A stretch of DNA of 29,716 nt from a virus (lineage: Duplodnaviria > Caudoviricetes): positions 1 to 29,716 of the IMG/VR virus record IMGVR_UViG_3300034418_002387, one strand, 5' to 3'. Position 1 is the stretch's first letter. Each line of letters opens with the position of its first letter. Shown piece by piece: positions 18,101 to 26,182 of this stretch. Under the pieces are notes generated by a model. It made no database searches. It was given only the letters and a program-made list of their open reading frames with translations, and was not told the origin of the DNA. The translations under genes and the position numbers were made by a program.

Positions 18101-21100
18101 CCTACTGATACAAGCGCTCAATATGCTGCTGTTGCTCCGCTGGAAGAGTTGTTTCACTTAAGTGTAAGTGAAAAAGGTATAAAGTTTGACTCTACGGCTA
18201 AAAATGCTGTTTTAGAGGCTGAAAAAGTATTAAAAGAAAAAAGAGATCTTGGTGTTATATCCGAGAAAGATTATAGCGGTTTAAAAGAAAGATTTGATCT
18301 TTATAGAGACGGTAAAGATTTTGATGCTGAAGAATTTATAGCTCAAATGAATAATGCTATATCTTTAGGTGCTATAAACAGATCAGACTTAGAATCAACA
18401 CCTTCTTTCAAGAAGTTTTTAAACAACGCTATTAGATCTACATTTGGTGATATGTCTTGGATGCTTAGCTTAGAAACATCTGACGATGTTTTTAATCTTG
18501 TTAAAAATTTTCAGGCAGACGTCTCTAAAGGTGTTACTTTTCAAGCGCCTGATAGAGAAGAAGTTAAAACTTCTTTATCACAAGAAGCTTCTCAAGCTTC
18601 TCAAGAAGTTCAAAGAATATACGATGAACAAGGTGTTGCGGGTGCTTTTGAGATACTAGAAAAATTTAAACCTATAACGAATAAAATAGTAGAGCGTAGA
18701 AGAGATGCTCCTAATTTTGACAGACAGCTATTAACAGATGAAATAGAAACAGGTAAGCGTGGTATATTCGATCTTATAAAGGAATACAAGCCAGAGTCAG
18801 GCGTGCCATTAGCTGCTTATATAAATAAATTCTTACCCGCTAGAGCAATTGAAGCATCTAGAAGAGTATTAGGTGAAGAGTTTACAGATGATGTAACAGA
18901 GGCTAAAGGTGTAGCTGCTGAAGAAGTTGCTGTATCTATTAAAGAAGAGCCTACTAGAAAGATCAGTCCTAAGAAGCTTAAAAAGTATACTGGTGTTGTA
19001 GCAAGTAATTTAGGAGTTAGCAGCTCAGAAGTCTCTAATGTGATTGATAAAGCTATAGAAGCTGATCTTAAAGACAAACCAATAAAAACTTTTGGTGAGA
19101 GTAGAAACATCGGTGATAATTTAGCAAAAACCCTTGGTAAAGCTTTTGGTTTAAATCCTGAAGTATTTACTAAAAAAACTAGAAATATACAGAAAAAAGA
19201 ATTAGACGGTTTAAGAAACTTAAGACAGTTCTTAGATAATAATGCTGCAAAGGATTTTTCTTTATTACCAGATGCTTATGCTGGTCCTAGTACTATAGAA
19301 GGTAAATCAACATTTATACCTAACAATATACTAAACGCTTTATATAGAAAAAACGATAAGGGTAAATGGGAGAAAGACCCTACAAAAACAGTACAAGACT
19401 ATAAAGATCTTTTAGGTAAAATAGAAGGTAACGTTTATAGAGCTGCTGAAGCACAAACTATAAAAGGTTTAGCCGCGATGTCTTTTAGAAACTTAATAGT
19501 TGAAAAAGCAGCTGAAACAGCAGAACCTAAGGCTAGAGTAGATATTAAAGCTGGTGCAAAATTTAGTAAAGCACAGTTATTAAATGTTACGCAAGCAAGA
19601 GATATAAACTCAGTGGCAAAAATATTAAATATACCTAAAATAACCGTAAACGATAATAATAGAGTTAAAAAGCAAAAACAAATGGAAGAGGCTATAGTAG
19701 CATCTAATATACCTAGTTGGATGTTTGAAGGCTCTAAGTTTGCTAATTTTGCTAGACGTAAAATTAATGGTATTTACGTTGATCTACCTGCTAAAGGTGG
19801 TTTGTACTATGGAAGTAAAGATCCAGCTTATAAAAAAGCTTTAGCTTTGGCTAAACAAAATGATACTGATAGTGATATAAAGCCACCAAGAAGAGTTAAC
19901 ATTAAGAAAGCTTTTACAAAAGAAGGTCAACAGCAAGGCCAAGACAACTTAAAGGCTTTAGAGTTTTTTGGAAACAAATTAGCTGATGCTGTTGCTAAAG
20001 GTGAAATTCCAATAGAAATAGCGTCTTTGTTTGTGTCGTCAGGATATCAAGCGACTAGTGGGATTATAAAAGTAGCGGCACCTTTTAGATATTTGTCTAA
20101 AAACTTTAAATACGGTACTATACCTAAGCAAATGAAAGGAGAAAAGTTTAGAGAAGAGCATAATCCTCCAGCTTCTGTAATTGGTGCAACATTGATATAT
20201 GGTATAGCGACTAATAATATGGCCGATATAATGCCGTATATTAAGAAAAACTACTATCAAACAAAGCTTTCTAAACTTGACGATCAAAAGCTAGATGAAG
20301 CTAAGTTAGATGCAACCTTACCGGTGGGTACAACCATAGCAGATAATCCAGCTATTAGATTTATTGAAGCTGGTATAGACCTTAATAGTATTATCAACTA
20401 CAAGACTGGTAAGACTATGGCTGAAGAGCTTGGTGTGTCTTTAAATACTAGTAATATAAATTTAGATAATATAGCTGAACAAAACAAAATATTAAAAGAT
20501 TTGATATTAGATAAGGGAGAGTATAAAAATCCTCAAGCCTATTTAAATAACTTTGTAAAGTTATCATCTAAAACAAATGCATCTAAAGTAAATAATAGTA
20601 ACGCACCGTTAAATGTTAAGTTTTCTAAAAACGTAACTAATCAAGAAGCGTTAGATAACTTAAGTAATATAGACAAAGCGTTGTCTATAGCTAGAAATCC
20701 TGATGCTCCAGTTAAAAAGATTAGAGTATTTGATTTTGACGATACATTGGCTACAACGAAAAGTAATGTACTATATACAATGCCTGATGGTAAAACTGGA
20801 TCTCTAACAGCTACTGAGTTTGCTAAAAAAGCTGGTGAAATGGAAGCTGAAGGAGCTGAGTGGGATTTTTCAGAGTTTAGTAAAGTTATGAAAGGAGCTA
20901 AAGGACCTTTACTTGACGTCGCTAAGTTCATAAGTGATGCTAAAGGTGAAAGAGATATATTTGTATTAACAGCTAGACCTCAGGATGCTGCTGGACCTAT
21001 AAAGGAGTTTTTAGATAGTATGGGGTTAAATATTCCATTAGAAAATATAACAGGTTTAGGAGATGGCACTGCTCAAGCAAAAGCTAGGTGGATGGTTGAT

Positions 21101-23251
21101 AAAGCTGCTGAAGGCTATAATGATTTTTACTTCGCAGATGACGCATCGAAAAATGTTAAAGCTGTTAAAGATGCTTTAAGTGTTTTAGATGTAAAATCTA
21201 AAGTGCAACAAGCTTATGTTAAATTTAGTAAAGCTAGTAATTTAAGCAAAGATTTTAATAAAATAATAGAAAATGCTACAGGCATTGCTTCTGAGAAAGT
21301 TTACGGAAAAGCTAAAGCTCAGGTAGCTGGCGCTAGTAGAGGTAAAGTATTTAGAGGTATAGCTTACTCCGCTCAAGACTTTGTAGGCTTATTATATGAG
21401 ACACTTGGTAAAGGAAAAGAAGGTGATGCTCAGATGGCTTGGTACAAACAAAATCTATTAGATCCTTACGCTAGAGCTATGAATGATTTATCTTCAGCAA
21501 GACTTGCTATGATGAACGATTATAGAGCATTGAAAAAACAATTAGGTATTGTGCCTAAAAATTTACGTAAAAAAATACCTGGAGAGCCTTGGACTAAAGA
21601 GCAGGCTGTTAGGGTATATGTTTGGAGTAGACAAGGAACAGAAGTACCTGGCATAAGTAAAAATGATTTAAAAGATTTAAACAGTTTTGTAACAAACAAT
21701 GCTGAGCTGCAGGTTTTTGCAGATCAATTAATAGCAATACAAAAAGGTGATATGTACCCTGAGCCTGGAGAAAGCTGGGTGTCTGGTGGTATATCTACTG
21801 ACATGTTAAAAGGTTTGAATACTGTAAAAAGAACTAAGTATTTAGAACAATGGCAAAGAAATGTTGATGCTATATTCAGTAAAGAAAATAAAAATAAATT
21901 AGAAGCTGCTTACGGTATAAAATATGTAAAAGCATTAGAGAATAGCTTAGAGCGTATGAAGACTGGTAGAAACAGATCTTTCTCTGATGATAGCCTTACT
22001 GGTAGATTTACTGACTGGTTACAAGGTAGTGTTGGAGCTATAATGTTCTTTAATACTAGATCTGCTGTACTTCAAACGTTATCCGCTGTTAACTTTGTTA
22101 ACTTTACTGATAATAACCCTTATGCTGCAGCTAAAGCATTTGCAAATCAAAAGCAGTATTGGAAAGACTTTACAACGCTTATGAACTCAGACTTCTTAAA
22201 AGAACGTAGATCTGGTTTGCGTATAAATGTAAATGAAGCTGATATAGCAGATATGGCTAAGCAAGAAGGACCAAGAGGTGTTATAAACAAGCTGTTACAA
22301 TTAGGTTTTGCACCTACGCAAATAGCAGATAGTTTTGCTATTGCATCTGGAGGTGCTACTTTTTATAGAAATAGAATTAAGACTTATACTAAACAAGGGT
22401 TAGATCAAGCTCAAGCAGAAGAAAAAGCTTTTCAAGATTTTAGAGAAAATGCTGAAGAGTCACAACAGTCTTCTAGACCAGATAAGATATCAGCACAGCA
22501 AGCAGGACCATTAGGTAGATTAATATTAGCTTTTGCTAATACACCAGCTCAGTATGCTAGGTTAACTGATAAAGCAATACGTGATCTTAAAAACAAAAGA
22601 GGTGATGCTAAAACTAATATAAGTAAAATAATATATTACACTACTGTTCAAAATATTATATTTAATGCTGTTCAGCAAGCTTTATTTGCTATGGCATTCG
22701 GTGACGAAGAACCTGAAGATGAAGAGAAGCAAAAGAAGTATGTTAGTATTGCTAACGGTATGGCTGACTCATTATTGAGAGGTACTGGTATTGCAGGATC
22801 TGTTATATCTGTAGGTAAAAATGCTGTTATAAGAATAATAAATGAATCTGAAAAGAAAAGACCTAAATACGAAAAGGTTGGATATGAACTAACTAAAATA
22901 TCCCCACCTGTATCAGCTAAGTTGTCACGTATAAATCAAGCCGCTAGAGCTTACGAATGGAATAAAGAGGAAATGATGACAAAAGGTTTTAGCTTAGATA
23001 ATCCAGCATTTTTAGCTGGTGGTAACGTTGTGTCTGCTCTTACAAATATACCTTTAGATAGAGTTATTAAGAAAGTAAACAATGTAACTAAGGCAACAGA
23101 AAGCGATATGGAGTTATGGGAGAGAGTAGCTTTATTTGCTGGTTGGCAAGACTGGGAGTTAGGTATAAAAGATGAAAGTAAAAGTATAAAAAAGAAAAAA
23201 ACCAAAAGTAAGAAAAGACGATCCGGAGGGATAACATTTGATGAATTTTAA
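15140..23251 (+). CDS. Giant multidomain internal virion / polyvalent protein (2703 aa)
   Basis: Uninterrupted ORF at the end of the ejection block. Contains zincin-like, sigma-70 region-2-like, HNH-like and HAD motifs plus a helical C-terminal region. Confidence 0.75.
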   Translation: MYTYKNVSYTINQIQEAAKKSNMSVEDYVEKIKADTQPKTDEKVEDADLLDPTTFQTDAAAGAGVVSQPMTASQAGVTELPSVNTSSELQDLDSTKPLSASEKRIATRKKRQQEKQDRLKAEAILATNVINDRIKNIPKEDIVAIQANDYFGPIKSRNDRTTVSKTVPGMMAPTVAFEPTFDSDESYTKYLKETLGNKYDQYLNYKETNKIVPLNSQNQSQLEGIYNEAETQAKDKVYNNSLFNVSENVQEYMVASPKFATGAESLEAQKFLIKEQKQSIDKNYENYEKAKKEWESQALPLNKEVKDLKAQIDRFTFYSGGASQEQVDQYNELIQNFNTKIQQWEEKGFNELPAFVNSQAKLVNSQQEDYSKMLEDSRKALVDADLFEKNLKQDYSTSARVGRVFDEFFVQSGRNFLDLYSELYLKGAKKIGEFYQPLSFLTSPENSEKIDSLIQTIQKNNKNYNLSMASKRENIPTSPSIDDIGKDGLSVWDWTSIALQDNSATISTTFVPGLAQLKGATTLTKAIKTGKGVKDALQKQKALWLAGKRTVQGTFFVAETGGKYGELQTDEASREQEIKFLYSKLDNTEDIGDKTKIYNKIKELEEIEDYSLLQKAFTSFSAGTTATFLESISTLKMLEPAKGLAKQIGINAAKKELYKQPVRFSANLIGKTVAGLKSLPKNLTGEILEETATEISHNALDILVLGENKSMFEGINKDFLASTAVSSFGIMAPRSAGNIFNIVKSEFRTRGEIFKNQELARELIDLNEATTPENSTQLRTRKKEILKELALSDAISLHKLRYMTANQIEEVADINRQMRQVNSKFTQLGGLGDLGEAENKRVKKQLEKEYSNLTIAKQEILDTKQRSNIKKAANINKALGNAARNSEAAFYYGVNNFYNDLTMTQMGDGDFISIKGEIQDDGKIKYNDLENQLAKYKNKTIKDEDGKNVDAFEYLKTKIEQGDFNATTIGKDIIVNQPIIDRNIAIAPTDTSAQYAAVAPLEELFHLSVSEKGIKFDSTAKNAVLEAEKVLKEKRDLGVISEKDYSGLKERFDLYRDGKDFDAEEFIAQMNNAISLGAINRSDLESTPSFKKFLNNAIRSTFGDMSWMLSLETSDDVFNLVKNFQADVSKGVTFQAPDREEVKTSLSQEASQASQEVQRIYDEQGVAGAFEILEKFKPITNKIVERRRDAPNFDRQLLTDEIETGKRGIFDLIKEYKPESGVPLAAYINKFLPARAIEASRRVLGEEFTDDVTEAKGVAAEEVAVSIKEEPTRKISPKKLKKYTGVVASNLGVSSSEVSNVIDKAIEADLKDKPIKTFGESRNIGDNLAKTLGKAFGLNPEVFTKKTRNIQKKELDGLRNLRQFLDNNAAKDFSLLPDAYAGPSTIEGKSTFIPNNILNALYRKNDKGKWEKDPTKTVQDYKDLLGKIEGNVYRAAEAQTIKGLAAMSFRNLIVEKAAETAEPKARVDIKAGAKFSKAQLLNVTQARDINSVAKILNIPKITVNDNNRVKKQKQMEEAIVASNIPSWMFEGSKFANFARRKINGIYVDLPAKGGLYYGSKDPAYKKALALAKQNDTDSDIKPPRRVNIKKAFTKEGQQQGQDNLKALEFFGNKLADAVAKGEIPIEIASLFVSSGYQATSGIIKVAAPFRYLSKNFKYGTIPKQMKGEKFREEHNPPASVIGATLIYGIATNNMADIMPYIKKNYYQTKLSKLDDQKLDEAKLDATLPVGTTIADNPAIRFIEAGIDLNSIINYKTGKTMAEELGVSLNTSNINLDNIAEQNKILKDLILDKGEYKNPQAYLNNFVKLSSKTNASKVNNSNAPLNVKFSKNVTNQEALDNLSNIDKALSIARNPDAPVKKIRVFDFDDTLATTKSNVLYTMPDGKTGSLTATEFAKKAGEMEAEGAEWDFSEFSKVMKGAKGPLLDVAKFISDAKGERDIFVLTARPQDAAGPIKEFLDSMGLNIPLENITGLGDGTAQAKARWMVDKAAEGYNDFYFADDASKNVKAVKDALSVLDVKSKVQQAYVKFSKASNLSKDFNKIIENATGIASEKVYGKAKAQVAGASRGKVFRGIAYSAQDFVGLLYETLGKGKEGDAQMAWYKQNLLDPYARAMNDLSSARLAMMNDYRALKKQLGIVPKNLRKKIPGEPWTKEQAVRVYVWSRQGTEVPGISKNDLKDLNSFVTNNAELQVFADQLIAIQKGDMYPEPGESWVSGGISTDMLKGLNTVKRTKYLEQWQRNVDAIFSKENKNKLEAAYGIKYVKALENSLERMKTGRNRSFSDDSLTGRFTDWLQGSVGAIMFFNTRSAVLQTLSAVNFVNFTDNNPYAAAKAFANQKQYWKDFTTLMNSDFLKERRSGLRINVNEADIADMAKQEGPRGVINKLLQLGFAPTQIADSFAIASGGATFYRNRIKTYTKQGLDQAQAEEKAFQDFRENAEESQQSSRPDKISAQQAGPLGRLILAFANTPAQYARLTDKAIRDLKNKRGDAKTNISKIIYYTTVQNIIFNAVQQALFAMAFGDEEPEDEEKQKKYVSIANGMADSLLRGTGIAGSVISVGKNAVIRIINESEKKRPKYEKVGYELTKISPPVSAKLSRINQAARAYEWNKEEMMTKGFSLDNPAFLAGGNVVSALTNIPLDRVIKKVNNVTKATESDMELWERVALFAGWQDWELGIKDESKSIKKKKTKSKKRRSGGITFDEF
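15298..15357 (+). promoter_or_regulatory. Candidate -1 ribosomal frameshift signal (T-run, 5-nt spacer, H-type pseudoknot)
   Basis: ACT TTT, spacer CAAAC, stem 1 15310-15319/15331-15340, stem 2 15323-15327/15353-15357. Confidence 0.5.
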
Positions 23252-23261
23252 AAAATAAATT

Positions 23262-23420
23262 ATGAGTGAACAATCACCTTTACTAGGAAAAATTAGTTCA
23301 GCCTGTAAGGCTGCAGCAAAAAGTAAGTTTAAAGTGTGGCCATCTGCATATGCATCGGGCTGGGGAGTTCGATGTACTAAAGCTGGAGGACCAGGTAAAT
23401 TTGGTAAAAAGAAAAAATAA
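23262..23420 (+). CDS. Small basic protein, 52 aa (KFKVWPSAYASG motif)
   Basis: Not in the ORF track. MSEQSPLLGKISSACKAAAKSKFKVWPSAYASGWGVRCTKAGGPGKFGKKKK. TAATG-coupled to the next gene. Confidence 0.75.
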   Translation: MSEQSPLLGKISSACKAAAKSKFKVWPSAYASGWGVRCTKAGGPGKFGKKKK

Positions 23421-23695
23421 TGTACACACAAAACTCTCCATTTAATAAAAAAAGTAAGGTAAAAGGTGGTGGTACTAAAAAAGTATGTCTACCTGCTGCT
23501 AAAGTAAGATCAATGAGTAAGGCAGAAAAAGATAAAGTAGTTAGAGCTAAGAAATCAGCAGCTGCTAAAGGTGATTACAAACGATCAAGTAAATCAAATG
23601 TTAAAAGTGCTCGTAAGAAAGGAGCTACACTTAGAGATTGGTTTGAAAAAGAAAACTGGATAAACGTACAAACAGGGGAAGCATGCGGAAAATAA
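23420..23695 (+). CDS. Small basic protein, 91 aa (CLP..K and LRDWFEKENW..CG motifs)
   Basis: Lys-rich, coupled to the upstream ORF. Motifs recall DUF5872-like viral proteins. Confidence 0.75.
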   Translation: MYTQNSPFNKKSKVKGGGTKKVCLPAAKVRSMSKAEKDKVVRAKKSAAAKGDYKRSSKSNVKSARKKGATLRDWFEKENWINVQTGEACGK

Positions 23696-23760
23696 TCGAT
23701 AAGTTACAAGCGGCTTGGAACAGCTTACTATATAAACTAATGTTTAAAAAGTATAAATAA
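23683..23760 (+). CDS. 25-aa amphipathic basic peptide
   Basis: MRKIIDKLQAAWNSLLYKLMFKKYK. Fills the gap exactly and stops 3 nt before the next ATG. Confidence 0.5.
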   Translation: MRKIIDKLQAAWNSLLYKLMFKKYK

Positions 23761-23763
23761 AAC

Positions 23764-24045
23764 ATGGCAAATAAAATATCAGAAGACACTCAAGTTATAT
23801 TGGACTTGAAGACTATAAGCATAATAGTTGTTGGAGCAATATCTATAGCTTCGGTCTACTTCACCTTACAGTCAGACATTGAATTAGCAAAAGAACTACC
23901 TAAACCACCAATAGATCGAACTGAGTATGATTTAAAAGATCAACTAATTCGTGAGACTATAATAAATATAAACGAAAAAGTAGATAATAACAGTAAAAAA
24001 CTAGACAAAATAGATGAGAAACTATTTGAGATTATAAATAAATAA
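23764..24045 (+). CDS. Single-pass membrane protein with coiled coil (holin/spanin-like candidate)
   Basis: Hydrophobic stretch ISIIVVGAISIASVYFTL followed by heptad-like C-terminus. Confidence 0.55.
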   Translation: MANKISEDTQVILDLKTISIIVVGAISIASVYFTLQSDIELAKELPKPPIDRTEYDLKDQLIRETIININEKVDNNSKKLDKIDEKLFEIINK

Positions 24046-24047
24046 TT

Positions 24048-24368
24048 ATGAAAAATACTTTAATTTTAATTGCATTTTTATTTTCTTTTAATTTGTTTTC
24101 ACAAGAGCCCACGCTTTTATATATGAATTCAAGTTGGAATACTGAAAACGAATATAAATACCTTGAATCAATTAAAGGTGTAAAAATTATAAAAGTTGAC
24201 TACGACTCTCAACCTAAAAAATTTAAGGAAAAAATAACTTCTGTCCCAGCAATAATACTGTTTGATAAAAATAAAAAATTAAAGAAAATTTGGCACGGAG
24301 GATTATCAATGCGTTTAACCGTTGACCCAAAAGAAATACAATTATTAGTAGACAGTTTAATTAAATAG
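24048..24368 (+). CDS. Secreted thioredoxin-like-fold protein lacking CxxC
   Basis: Signal peptide MKNTLILIAFLFSFNLFS|Q, then KVDYD and ITSVPAIILF (cis-Pro-like motif). No cysteines. Confidence 0.55.
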   Translation: MKNTLILIAFLFSFNLFSQEPTLLYMNSSWNTENEYKYLESIKGVKIIKVDYDSQPKKFKEKITSVPAIILFDKNKKLKKIWHGGLSMRLTVDPKEIQLLVDSLIK

Positions 24369-24411
24369 GAATAAATACAATGGGCGTACCATACCCAATA
24401 TTCCTGTAACC

Positions 24412-24444
24412 AAGAAAGGGCCCTCATATCGAGAGCCCTTTTTT
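24412..24444. terminator. Bidirectional intrinsic terminator between convergent modules
   Basis: AAGAAA-GGGCCCTC-atatc-GAGAGCCC-TTTTTT. Stem is fully paired (one G-U) on the - strand and has one mismatch on the + strand. T-tracts on both strands. Confidence 0.8.
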
Positions 24445-24463
24445 AACTACATGTATAGCATAC

Positions 24464-26182
24464 TTATCCATCACAAGCTAAACAGTCTTCATTCATTGCT
24501 TGCTGAGCTATATCGCCACGTAAAACAGATTCTGTTCTAGTATAATACAAAGTCTTAACACCTTTTTTCCAAGCATCAAAGTGAACTTTGTTCAGCCATT
24601 TAGGTGTAGCTTCAGATGGAAAAGCTAGGTTTAAACTAACTGATTGATCTATATACTGTTGCCTTAGACCTGCTTGATTAACTAATTCCAATTGATTAAT
24701 CTCTTTAAAAGTTTTAAAAACTTCTTTAGCTGGAATGTCGTGACCCACAGTAATATTATCCAAAGCATCGATATCCTGTACACTACCTCCGTCAGCCAAT
24801 ATTTTATTCCATATTTCACTAGTATTTAATTTATGTTTTTTTAATAGTTTAACTAACGTCGGGTTTTTCCTAATGAAAGTCCCTTTCGCACTTTGCTCTG
24901 TAAAAACATTTGCAGCCCACGGCTCAATACCCGGTGAAACATTACCACTAAGCTTACTATTAGAAACAGTAGGAGCAATAGCACGAAGATGAGTATTACG
25001 CATACCGGTACCAACACACCATAAAGGCTCTCCATAAATTTCAGCAAGATCTCTTGAGGCTCTTTCACTTTCGATTTTAATTTGAGAAAATATTTTCCTA
25101 GTTTCAAACTGAGCAAGTAAACCTTCAAAAGGTATACCCTTTTCTTGGAGATACGTGTGCCATCCAAGCACACCCAATCCGAGTGCTCTTCCTTTTTGAG
25201 CAGAACGAATGGCATTTTCAAAACCTCTAAGTCCTTTTGCTCTTTGAATAAATTCCTCCATAACCCCATCAAGAAACCACGTGGCGTGGTATATAAGGTT
25301 AGTGTCTTTCCATTCTTCATATTTAGCTAAGTTTAATGATGATAAACAGCATACAAAACTATGGTTTTCATCTGTTGTTAATGTTATCTCTGAACATATG
25401 TTAGTCATATGTACTTTTAATCCGTTGTCTTTATATGCTGCTGGATTTGCTTTGTTAACATTTCCTTTAAACATAATATACGGTTCTCCAGTTGCTTTTC
25501 GTTTTCTAAGTAATTTACTCCATCTAGATCTTGCTTCCTTATCTCCTTGTTCAAGCTTTCGCATAAACTTATCACCAACAACTGCGCACTGATGTAGATT
25601 AAGCGATTGTCTGTTAACATCTCCTTTAGGTTCCCTGATTTCAAGCCACTCCTCGAAGTCATCATGTTCAATGTTGATATTAACTGAGGCAGCTCCACGA
25701 CGGACACTCCCTTGATTAGTTGCAAGAATTGTTGAGTCATATATCTTGCAGAAAGGTACGACTCCGTCTGATGTTCCATTACCTGTTATTCTAGCGCCAG
25801 CGGGTCTGATTTGATTTATACCGATACCAACTCCACCGCCGTGCTTAGCGAGTAGCATCATCTCTAGATTTTTCTGTCCTATGTCTTGGATGCTGTCAGC
25901 AACGTCGATACCAAAGCAACTAATAGGAAGGCCCCTATCTGTACCAGTATTGGAAAGCACTGGAGAAGCAAGGCAAAGCCAACCATTCCAAATATAATTA
26001 AAAAACGTTTCAGCCATTTCCGGTTTATAAAGTCTACGAGCAACTGTTTTAGCGACTCTTTGGTATGCTTCTCTAGGTGTCTCTCCGTCGTATAAATATC
26101 CCCCGGATATTGTCTTCTTGTATACGTCCGTATTACCCCACGTAGGGTAATCTTCTCCTTTTTTCCATTCATTGTTCCACAT
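24464..26182 (-). CDS. nrdA: Class I ribonucleotide reductase large subunit, no ATP cone
   Basis: ISCF, KHGGGVG, NICSEI, APTVSNS, QQYIDQSVSLN, TLYY and C-terminal CLAC. Start reassigned to ATG 26182 (MWNNEW), TAATG-coupled. Confidence 0.95.
   Translation of the reverse strand: MWNNEWKKGEDYPTWGNTDVYKKTISGGYLYDGETPREAYQRVAKTVARRLYKPEMAETFFNYIWNGWLCLASPVLSNTGTDRGLPISCFGIDVADSIQDIGQKNLEMMLLAKHGGGVGIGINQIRPAGARITGNGTSDGVVPFCKIYDSTILATNQGSVRRGAASVNINIEHDDFEEWLEIREPKGDVNRQSLNLHQCAVVGDKFMRKLEQGDKEARSRWSKLLRKRKATGEPYIMFKGNVNKANPAAYKDNGLKVHMTNICSEITLTTDENHSFVCCLSSLNLAKYEEWKDTNLIYHATWFLDGVMEEFIQRAKGLRGFENAIRSAQKGRALGLGVLGWHTYLQEKGIPFEGLLAQFETRKIFSQIKIESERASRDLAEIYGEPLWCVGTGMRNTHLRAIAPTVSNSKLSGNVSPGIEPWAANVFTEQSAKGTFIRKNPTLVKLLKKHKLNTSEIWNKILADGGSVQDIDALDNITVGHDIPAKEVFKTFKEINQLELVNQAGLRQQYIDQSVSLNLAFPSEATPKWLNKVHFDAWKKGVKTLYYTRTESVLRGDIAQQAMNEDCLACDG

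Noticed and set aside
15982-18610. Short tandem duplications (AAAACTACG x2 near 15983; CAAGAAGCTTCT/CAAGCTTCT near 18581)
   Set aside because: In-frame micro-duplications with no sign of function.
20732-20746. DFDD as the crAss-type RNA polymerase catalytic DFDxD motif
   Set aside because: Reads DFDDT after a hydrophobic strand and is accompanied by HAD motifs II and IV. The third Asp is not in the RNAP spacing.
417-23431. Antisense ORFs in the track opposite the structural genes
   Set aside because: Typical shadow ORFs of AT-rich coding strands, with no motifs or operon context.
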